From an uncultured Elusimicrobia bacterium (lineage in GTDB: Bacteria > Elusimicrobiota > Elusimicrobia > Elusimicrobiales > UBA9959), in contig CAIPTO010000083.1 of NCBI GenBank assembly GCA_903867985.1, positions 20,664 through 84,663 of the forward strand: a stretch of 64,000 nucleotides of DNA, written 5' to 3'. The notes under the pieces are model-generated. The model saw only the letters and a program-made list of their open reading frames with translations. It did not search any database and was not told the origin of the DNA. Made by a program: the position numbers and the translations under genes. Below, in pieces: positions 38,701 through 44,074 of this stretch. Position 1 is the first letter of the stretch. Each line of letters starts with the position of its first letter.

Positions 38701-41700
38701 CCCGGGGCCAATTGGATACTTGACAGCGCCGGTGCCTGCCAGTCCGCCGGTCTTGTGACGTTCAATCTGACTCCGGACAGCGGCAACACCGCCGGCACCC
38801 TTTCCGGCACGGTGATTTTTGTCACCACCTATACGGTCAGCGCCGAAATGCCGCTGGTCGTGCCGGCGGAGTCGCCAGTCACCATCATGGCCACACAGTA
38901 TTGCGAGGGAGGTAACTGCCAGAACCGGCAGATGGGGTTCGCCTCAATCTCCGGCGAATTCACCAGCAACGCTACCACCTATTCGGTTACGCTTTCTACC
39001 GGCTTCTCTTATTACGCCAGCGTTATGTCCGGTGAATGGGGGAAGATGTCCAACTTCAACGACCGGGTCGACCTGACTTCCGCTACCACCGCCGCCATGG
39101 ACTTCACCCTGACCCGCTCCGGCGCGCTGCGCGGGGCTGTCAAAATGCCCGACGGCACCAGTTTCAAGCCCGTCTACAGTGTGGCCAGTGACGATCCCGG
39201 ATATATGACCGCCAGTATAGATGTGCGAGGCGTTAATGTTCAGTATAACTCCGGCACCGGCCTGGATGAATTCGGAAATTTTGAATTCCCTAACCTGCCG
39301 CCCGGCCTCTATAATGTCTACCTCAGGCCGCAAGGCGGGGCTTTCCGCTGGCCCCCCGCGGAAGTGGAGAATGTGCGTGTCACGCTGGGAAATACTACTG
39401 AGGTCAAGATAAAACTGAATGACGGTCTGACGGTACAGCCGCAGATCATCGGTCTGCAGGCGCTTTCAACGGCTACCTGGAGCTATACGGTTCTTGGCGT
39501 GCCTTCCGGTTTTCAGATGAATCAGAAGAATATCACCGAGATGTTCTTCGAGCAGCCGCAGTATTCCTTCAGCTACGACGCGGATTCCGCCAGCTGGGAT
39601 AAAAAGTTCATGGAGCCCGGGCAATACGACTTCTACCTGGTCGTAGGCGTCAATTATGATTGCGGCAAAAGCGTCGGGGCGAGTTGCGACCAGTTCGCCA
39701 CATTCATCGGCCGTGTGAAAAATGTCTCCATACAGAAAGATCCCAATAACGCGAATCTCGGTACCCTTACCCAGCCTATCCCTATAAATATTAAGGGCTC
39801 CCTGGGCCAGGCGGAGATGAAGGGCCGGGTTATTGGCGATAAGATATTCACGGCCGGAGATTTTGAGAAGATATTCTCTAACTTCGACTCGGAGATAATG
39901 GGCATCATTCCGGCCGTCATGCTGTACGATAATGCCGGCGATCTGAGGGCTTTTACCAACGCCATGCCGGATGCGGTCGGTCTGGTAGGGTTCGAGAGCG
40001 GCCTTAAAACCCGCAGTACGACCACCATCATAAATTCGCTTGCCGATAATCCTCTGCGCTACATGGCTTGGGGGCTGCCTCCGGGCAGGTATACCGCTGT
40101 TTATGTTAACCCTAATTATCCGCCCGTAACCGCGGATGTGACCCTGCCCAGGTCCGGTTCGGAGGAGACCACCCCCTTCGACTTCGACGCCCAGAAAAGT
40201 GTCGTGGGCACGATCCACGGTGTGGTGAAGAGCTCCGAGGCTGTCTCCTCGTTCGTGGGGAATGCTCTGGTCCGCCTGAAGCACAGGACTGTGGAAAAAT
40301 TCGTCGTAACCGATTCCTCCGGCGCCTATAGATTTTCAAACCTGCCCACCGGCATCTACAGGCTGGAAGTGACCCGGGATGGATTCGTAACCGTAGGTCA
40401 GAAAACCAGTCTCGCCGGTAACGACGAGGCGGAATTCAACTTCTTTATGCGGCCTTCCGAATCGAAGATAACCGGCAAAATTTACATGAGTAAGTTCCCG
40501 GCTCCGGTTACCAGGGCCGGGGTCAAGATAGTGGCATACGACGAGACCATGAATGTGGAAGCGCCGTCTTCCTATCTGCCCAAAATGGAAGTCCAGACTG
40601 ACGATGCCGGCTATTATGAGGTTCATGGCGTCATACCTGGCCATAAATACAAGCTTTCCGCCATGTTCAGCGGCAAAATGCCGGAAATAGTGGATGTCAA
40701 CGACGCGGCGGACGGCGTAACCGTGCTGGACGACATCGTGCTAAGGGATATCCCGCCGCAGATCATGGTCAAAGTGCGCCGGAATGCGGATTCCGTCAAC
40801 AAGGTAAATGTGGAAATACGCAGTCCGAGAGAACTGATCTCTACGCCGGTGTGCAAATACAACGCCGGTGATACTTACGAGGCGGCTTCCGCGGATGACA
40901 CTGTATGCGCTTCTACATCGGCGGTCATCCTCACGCTGGAGCTTGGCCCCGATAATACGTATCTGGGAGAGTTTACTGTCTCGCGGAACCAGCCGACTTA
41001 CAGCGTCTGCGTGTCGGCGGGGGACAATAATAAAATGAAAAAAGTTGTGGTGTACGACCAGGTCAGCGACGCCAAAACAGAGCAGTACATACAGGAAGAG
41101 GCCCTGGCCGGAGGCGAGATCAGCATGGATAAGGAAAAAGAGGAATATTCCGGCATGGAGCTTGACGCCGGTACTCTGTCCTATTCCACTTCTTCGGTTT
41201 CCGATGTCAATTTTCAGGACCTGGTCGGCGGCTTCTTCAGCGCCCTTCCCTCGGTTCGGACGGTAAAGACGGCCAAAGGCAATCTGAGCATTGAGGCGTC
41301 CCTGCAGGACTTGATGGCATCTGAAGTCTACAATATGGACCTTTCTAACGCCGATGTCAATAAGCCGTTCACCCTCACGCTGAAGTATGACAAAGAGCGG
41401 GTGATAAGTACCGGTAACCTTCGGATCTACCAGTATGACGAAGTCTCCGGCCAATGGAAGGAAGTTCCCGGCAACTATACCGTGGACCCGATGTCCGGAG
41501 TGATCGCGGTTGACATCGTTAATCTTAACTTCGCCTACGAAGGCACCGGCGGTTCCAATACCCCTCTGGGCCGCAAGCACTTCAAGATGAGCGCGGTGAG
41601 CAACGGGCGTTATGTTACCCGCGCGGCGCCAGCACTTCAGACCGGCAAATTCGCGGTGTTCACCGCCAAGCCCGGCAGCGGTGTGGCATACGCCGGTTCG

Positions 41701-42072
41701 TCGTACGAGGTTTACAATATGCCTAATCCGTTCAACCTTAAAGATAAGAACGTTACCATAAGCGCTGACGGCGGAGCGGCAATAGCCGCAGGGGCGCATA
41801 CCGTTAGGGGTACTATTATAAAATACCATCTTCCCGCCGGAAAATCAGGTGATCTTAAGTTTGTGATCTATAACCTGGCCGGAGAAAAGGTCAGGACCAT
41901 AGATGAAGGCGTCCGGACGATAACCACCGGCAGCGGAGAAGTGTTCTATTCCGAATGGGACGGAAAGAACGACACCAACCAGGATTGTGCTTCCGGCGTT
42001 TACTTCATGCTGACCTACCTTGACGGCAAGAAGCTGGGTAATAAGGTGCATAAGATGGCGATAATTAAATAG
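32779..42072 (+). CDS. Giant secreted surface protein: 3 x (FN3-like cap + SBBP beta-propeller) + CarboxypepD_reg-like array + T9SS-type C-terminal domain
   Basis: ATG 32779 behind AGGAG. Signal peptide MFNIRKNILTLTTAAGLWAGLIGSAGA. See the domain sub-features. 3097 aa from this start. Confidence 0.85.
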   Translation: MFNIRKNILTLTTAAGLWAGLIGSAGAVATLPPSGLSVVSGDYNGSVNLSWNAPEALAGGKFYIQYSTTNGPWISTGSAQIVITTATIGAQSMRVSGLEYGRNGSDPAFIYYFHVWIENTGIVSAPVTSVSAIPLTPAAPSTGVLALAAGSVLSINSQGGGYGSKLAVDSSGNYYALASMMFSSSTTGTGGTNSSSAIALIKFLPSGAVSWYRAYNSTMSLSGSDWTNDQATAMALGSDGNLIIAGRIDKGANVMLRKYTANGDILWTRLIAADMSSNSRINAISINSSTEIYTAGEKYSGTGNLWLAKFNKDGVQQGANAFYSNAQSGSYAGNGIALYGGYIYVVGTRNVRNNDDIFVEKYGDTWPTVPTQIGAVTAGGPNYDQGKGIKIDASGSIFVTGAYYSSATYNNACWTAKYDSSLVQQWQDLYSYSGNMASGAALELDLTGNAYITGSEYRSDIYQGGNLLLLKYSPGGARLMVRSVDYNKGYEEGYDVKVSSLGVIYAVGSFPNVNMGTSVSSLGIYKLDMTSSSSGLLADKGPFTGSVNLSWLYPAAMPAGSKYYVQYSTFYSVNWSTASAAEFPINAAVSALSAQTHTVGGLQAARGALNNISSPVYAFRVWYYNGTTLTALPNLATAYTNVPTAPTESVITSADGNLLKQLDGTPVMGWTSGPSLARDNAGNAYMLFSANLGVARADNAGIALRKYNPYGTLLWTRFYHGELSATYNASAIAADADGNIIIAGEENAPSLEQGDNIWVSKLDSDGNQIWTRIYDGAGHGDDSVKAVATDVSGNIYVTGKVEGASGSDLVVIKYTAAGSPTAQTYDGGSTDEGTAIDAGADGFVYVTGKSMINASGADPAHYRMIFIKYNSSLAFSSTWTNNPFFYEYRADRDNIPYAVKVSTWGDIYAAGQVYVIGSDLLDAWAARISPAGVITSTSASGAASEFRALTISTATGEVFAAGRQIYPVETLWFQKLNPSDVSYMWSKKFPNIGLTGPISPVNIVIDSRGDFSLSVIISTTVSSQPGSFKFSSPAAAMSAGVTAITGTVPGGAELSWVTGVALPAGTSYYVQASTWNGGWDFALAKQSYPSPYQYQPQAYTEGSLVRIKAGDLTAGRDARGNTTAPYYFNVWYYAGGVSTTTVTGNPSALPNIPVISETSYPYPLGQLYLTTGLNTTSPVKMVRAVSGDIYLAIQTYSSQGDASSSVILKKYNLSGVLQWVRYYFSGNGSGLRALASDASGNVYISGSGRDAAGTNPYIAKYSDAGELLWSRTIPSRGAYEDFSGLTAASDGSIYLTGQYNAVSSGANISSGAALLAKYSQAGVLLASSTYSGSYNSVRAVGITYNAVDGNLYVSGQAGINTSTACFWVGKFDTGLTFVADKKYCPSAPYGYSSGNTIKVDAAGSIYAAGSVYDQYQYDNMFIVKLTPALSEVWSSTYNSPANSYESIQGLAVDTSSGAYVSGYENRSDLNQGYNLFFRKYNTGTGDIVWTNTFNSSGNSYEYADDIAVDSSGFVYVPGSYSYGVNYQYAAGYFKYKQFSTSATNPIITASVKYNGSSTPLKDVNVILLAFNQTGGMDPAGIRVSATDANGRFSAAVPGGLKYFIGLSTPGYVPTVKDQLMDPSGNFYLTLNSDTTREFSLYPRAASDPISTLTVNVSEGLTPGDFLMGEVSVNRTGEKVAYGVLAASAPAGQLQIFNVPSAPAGTYGVALSVPGKNKFLNFFLDTAFPADSVYTVNMSSAISSSGGFDTSGSTVPPSFQGVVRSSPTMVPLEGARIELFINQCSGANTCSKAISYENLTDVNGQFSFYNLPSTSTPYNVNVKKQGSRSWFDMIMISSMPAGANTAAAVAQYREYALFPATYTLTGLIKYNGIPVPNARVMVYGDWATGSGDDSYSGYWDGAMQSDAQVRTGADGLFTAEGLPDGRVRVNMDFMGNWRDLNNGPDGTNGNSDDLKIIISSAGATGPSEPGGNPCLPGANWILDSAGACQSAGLVTFNLTPDSGNTAGTLSGTVIFVTTYTVSAEMPLVVPAESPVTIMATQYCEGGNCQNRQMGFASISGEFTSNATTYSVTLSTGFSYYASVMSGEWGKMSNFNDRVDLTSATTAAMDFTLTRSGALRGAVKMPDGTSFKPVYSVASDDPGYMTASIDVRGVNVQYNSGTGLDEFGNFEFPNLPPGLYNVYLRPQGGAFRWPPAEVENVRVTLGNTTEVKIKLNDGLTVQPQIIGLQALSTATWSYTVLGVPSGFQMNQKNITEMFFEQPQYSFSYDADSASWDKKFMEPGQYDFYLVVGVNYDCGKSVGASCDQFATFIGRVKNVSIQKDPNNANLGTLTQPIPINIKGSLGQAEMKGRVIGDKIFTAGDFEKIFSNFDSEIMGIIPAVMLYDNAGDLRAFTNAMPDAVGLVGFESGLKTRSTTTIINSLADNPLRYMAWGLPPGRYTAVYVNPNYPPVTADVTLPRSGSEETTPFDFDAQKSVVGTIHGVVKSSEAVSSFVGNALVRLKHRTVEKFVVTDSSGAYRFSNLPTGIYRLEVTRDGFVTVGQKTSLAGNDEAEFNFFMRPSESKITGKIYMSKFPAPVTRAGVKIVAYDETMNVEAPSSYLPKMEVQTDDAGYYEVHGVIPGHKYKLSAMFSGKMPEIVDVNDAADGVTVLDDIVLRDIPPQIMVKVRRNADSVNKVNVEIRSPRELISTPVCKYNAGDTYEAASADDTVCASTSAVILTLELGPDNTYLGEFTVSRNQPTYSVCVSAGDNNKMKKVVVYDQVSDAKTEQYIQEEALAGGEISMDKEKEEYSGMELDAGTLSYSTSSVSDVNFQDLVGGFFSALPSVRTVKTAKGNLSIEASLQDLMASEVYNMDLSNADVNKPFTLTLKYDKERVISTGNLRIYQYDEVSGQWKEVPGNYTVDPMSGVIAVDIVNLNFAYEGTGGSNTPLGRKHFKMSAVSNGRYVTRAAPALQTGKFAVFTAKPGSGVAYAGSSYEVYNMPNPFNLKDKNVTISADGGAAIAAGAHTVRGTIIKYHLPAGKSGDLKFVIYNLAGEKVRTIDEGVRTITTGSGEVFYSEWDGKNDTNQDCASGVYFMLTYLDGKKLGNKVHKMAIIK
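32869..34369 (+). other. Giant protein module 1: FN3-like cap plus SBBP beta-propeller repeats
   Basis: Cap: GSVNLSWNAPEALAGGKFYIQYST...YYFHVWIEN. Blades: DSSGNYYALAS, GSDGNLIIAGR, SSTEIYTAGE, GGYIYVVGT, DASGSIFVTGA, DLTGNAYITGS, SSLGVIYAVGS. Confidence 0.65.
34370..35880 (+). other. Giant protein module 2: FN3-like cap plus SBBP beta-propeller repeats
   Basis: Cap: GSVNLSWLYPAAMPAGSKYYVQYST...YAFRVWYYN. Blades: DNAGNAYMLFS, DADGNIIIAGE, DVSGNIYVTGK, GADGFVYVTGK, TWGDIYAAGQ, ATGEVFAAGR. Confidence 0.65.
35881..37400 (+). other. Giant protein module 3: FN3-like cap plus SBBP beta-propeller repeats
   Basis: Cap: GGAELSWVTGVALPAGTSYYVQAST...YYFNVWYYA. Blades: VSGDIYLAIQ, DASGNVYISGS, ASDGSIYLTGQ, VDGNLYVSGQ, DAAGSIYAAGS, DTSSGAYVSGY, DSSGFVYVPGS. 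Confidence 0.65.
37410..40700 (+). other. Giant protein: array of at least six CarboxypepD_reg-like (prealbumin-fold) domains
   Basis: Recurrent pattern G.V....G.P...A.V.L........TD..G.F.F..LP.G.Y.L. Examples: ATDANGRFSAAVPGGLKYFI, LTDVNGQFSFYNLPSTSTPY, TGADGLFTAEGLPDGRVRV, DEFGNFEFPNLPPGLYNVYL, TDSSGAYRFSNLPTGIYRLEV, TDDAGYYEVHGVIPGHKYKL. Confidence 0.6.
41704..42069 (+). other. Giant protein: T9SS type A sorting / FlgD-Ig-like C-terminal domain
   Basis: YNMPNPFNLKD...LKFVIYNLAGEKVRTI...EWDGKNDTNQDCASGVYFMLTYLDGKKLGNKVHKMAIIK. This matches the PNPF ... IY(N/D)xxG(R/E)xV ... WDG ... SGVY ... K pattern of Por-secretion-tail domains. Confidence 0.65.
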
Positions 42073-42214
42073 GGCTGCTGGTCGGTGAGTTTTAGAGTTA
42101 AGAGTTTTACAAGTTGCGGAGTTGAGGATTGTGTGTTGACTGCCGCGCTTCGGGCGAATCCTGACTGGGGGATTCGGAATCCGGGTAATGGATATTTTGC
42201 TGAAGAGGTAATTT

Positions 42215-43144
42215 ATGAAGAAAACACTATTTTTAGTGCTGACGCTGGCTTTGCCGGCTGGCGCTTACGCTTCGGGGGCCGGCACTACCGCCGCCCCGTT
42301 CCTGAAAGCTGCAATGAGCCCCAGGGCCGTGGCTATGGCTGGCGCATTCAGTCCGCTGGCCAACGATTCCGGCGCGGTCTTCGTGAATCCGGCCGGTCTG
42401 GCCCAGTTCGATAACAGGGAGGCGGGCGTGGACTTCACCAACTATTTTCAGGACGCCAAGATGGGGAACTTTTCTTACGCCGGTGAGATCGCCAATAACC
42501 GCTTCGGGTTTGGCGTGACGCTTATGAATGTTCCCGGAATAGAGAGGCGTTCCAACACTGACTCCGTGGGCGTGGTGCCGGATATCGGCTCATTCGATTC
42601 CAACGACCTGGCCGTTTCTCTGGCCTATGCCAGGAAGAATGTCTTCCCGGGCGCGTTGGACAATCTTGACGCGGGCGTGACTATCAAATTCATCCGCTCG
42701 TCCATAGATGATAATAACGCTTACGCCTTCGCGACGGACGCGGGTGCTATTTATCATGCCACTGATAAAATGAATTTTTCTCTGGTGATGCAGAACCTCG
42801 GTACCGGGATGAAATTTGAAGACGTCTCAGATCCGCTGCCCCTCAGCCTTAAAACCGGAATGCTTTACAAACTCTCTCCCCGGCTTAACCTCACCGGTGA
42901 GCTTGGGGAATATTTTAGAGATGAAAAGTTCTATCCCGCCTTTGGGGCTGAATACTGGTTCCGTGATTCTTTTGCGCTTCGCGGCGGATATAAGTTCGGC
43001 TATGACACCGTAAACCTCGGAGCCGAGGTCGGTTTGAGTCTGGGTTTCGGTCTTAAAGTAGCTGGTTTAGGGGTGGACTACGCCTATCTGCCATTCGGCG
43101 ATCTTGGCAATATTCACCGTTTCGGTTTTTGGATGCAGTTCTGA
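42215..43144 (+). CDS. PorV/PorQ-family-like outer-membrane beta-barrel
   Basis: Signal peptide, then the family-typical N-terminus GAGTTAAPFLKAAMSPRAVAMAGAFSPLANDSGAVFVNPAGLAQF. A barrel of about 290 aa ending in ...IHRFGFWMQF. Confidence 0.6.
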   Translation: MKKTLFLVLTLALPAGAYASGAGTTAAPFLKAAMSPRAVAMAGAFSPLANDSGAVFVNPAGLAQFDNREAGVDFTNYFQDAKMGNFSYAGEIANNRFGFGVTLMNVPGIERRSNTDSVGVVPDIGSFDSNDLAVSLAYARKNVFPGALDNLDAGVTIKFIRSSIDDNNAYAFATDAGAIYHATDKMNFSLVMQNLGTGMKFEDVSDPLPLSLKTGMLYKLSPRLNLTGELGEYFRDEKFYPAFGAEYWFRDSFALRGGYKFGYDTVNLGAEVGLSLGFGLKVAGLGVDYAYLPFGDLGNIHRFGFWMQF

Positions 43145-43152
43145 CCCGTCTT

Positions 43153-43782
43153 TTATTTTAAAAAATCCTGGTTAGGCCAATCGCTCGGCTGGCCTTCTAT
43201 CGAGACCAACCTGGCATCCTCGTTGGAGAGGGCGCTCATTTTTTGGAATGATTCCCTGAGCTCTGTCAATGATACATCCAGACGTTTTATTTTCATAAGG
43301 ATGATATAGGTTACCACCGCCATTGCCAGGGATAGCGGCAGAATAAGCATCCATGTTGAGGATTTCAGGCTCATGAGTATGCAGGCGCACAGAAAAACCC
43401 AGTAGCTCAGGGTGGCGCTGGCCCCGGCGAGTATATAGGCGATGATGATATTGTGTTCCTCGTTCCTGGGCAGGGAGAGCAGGATCACTATCAGGGCTAT
43501 ATCCATTATCAAAAGGTATACCGCCCGGGCCACCCAGCTTTTCCAGCGGCTTTTGGAGACCATGAATACGCCTCTGACCGAATCGTTTATCAATTCCGCG
43601 TCGTCGTAATCCACGGAAACAATTTCTTTTAGGACCTGTGATGCTTCATCGCCGGGGGGTGTGTAGTCGAAAGCCTGCTGTTTTGCGTCGCTATCGTATT
43701 GGGCCGCGGCAGGCAGAGCGGCGGCAAAGAACGGGAGCGCGAGAGTGAGCGCCAAAAAAACTCGGTTAATTCCCATTATCAA
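43153..43782 (-). CDS. Hypothetical membrane protein (signal peptide + 3-4 TM)
   Basis: MIMGINRVFLALTLALPFFAAALPAAAQ leader and hydrophobic helices (VYLLIMDIALIVILLSL; IIIAYILAGASATLSYWVFLCACILM; MLILPLSLAMAVVTYIILM). No recognisable family. Confidence 0.5.
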   Translation of the reverse strand: MIMGINRVFLALTLALPFFAAALPAAAQYDSDAKQQAFDYTPPGDEASQVLKEIVSVDYDDAELINDSVRGVFMVSKSRWKSWVARAVYLLIMDIALIVILLSLPRNEEHNIIIAYILAGASATLSYWVFLCACILMSLKSSTWMLILPLSLAMAVVTYIILMKIKRLDVSLTELRESFQKMSALSNEDARLVSIEGQPSDWPNQDFLK

Positions 43783-44074
43783 CCTCCGGGAGGGCGGGTA
43801 TCTTGGTAAGGGTACCCTTTTCTTCCAGTGTGTAATATTGCGTGGCGCCTACGCGAAACTTCGGGGCGTAGAACTGGGCCTCCTTCAGTTTCTGGGACTC
43901 CTGCGCCTTTGAGATCTTTTGCTGATGGATTTTTATGTTTGGCCTTACCGCCATGCGGTCGGAAAAGTGCCAGTAGGATGAAACGAATCCGCCTATAACG
44001 CAGGTCACCATTACCCCGCATAAAAAGTATTCTTCCCTGTCCGGGCGTATCCAAAATTTTCGCAGAGACATCAT
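43766..44074 (-). CDS. Small single-TM hypothetical protein, translationally coupled to valS
   Basis: 102 aa with TM FLCGVMVTCVIGGFVSSYW. Its ATG overlaps the valS TGA (ATGA). Overlaps the next ORF by 17 nt. Confidence 0.45.
   Translation of the reverse strand: MMSLRKFWIRPDREEYFLCGVMVTCVIGGFVSSYWHFSDRMAVRPNIKIHQQKISKAQESQKLKEAQFYAPKFRVGATQYYTLEEKGTLTKIPALPEVDNGN

Noticed and set aside
39466-41829. Long antisense ORFs inside the giant gene (39466..40284 and 40741..41829, minus strand).
   Set aside because: Their composition is Arg/Gly/His-rich and junk-like, with no motifs. They lie fully within a strongly supported plus-strand CDS and are typical shadow ORFs of GC-biased codon usage.
42085-42414. 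109 aa ORF spanning the giant-gene / PorV-like spacer and overlapping the PorV-like start.
   Set aside because: It is out of frame with the well-supported PorV-like CDS, has no RBS and is Arg/Gly-rich.
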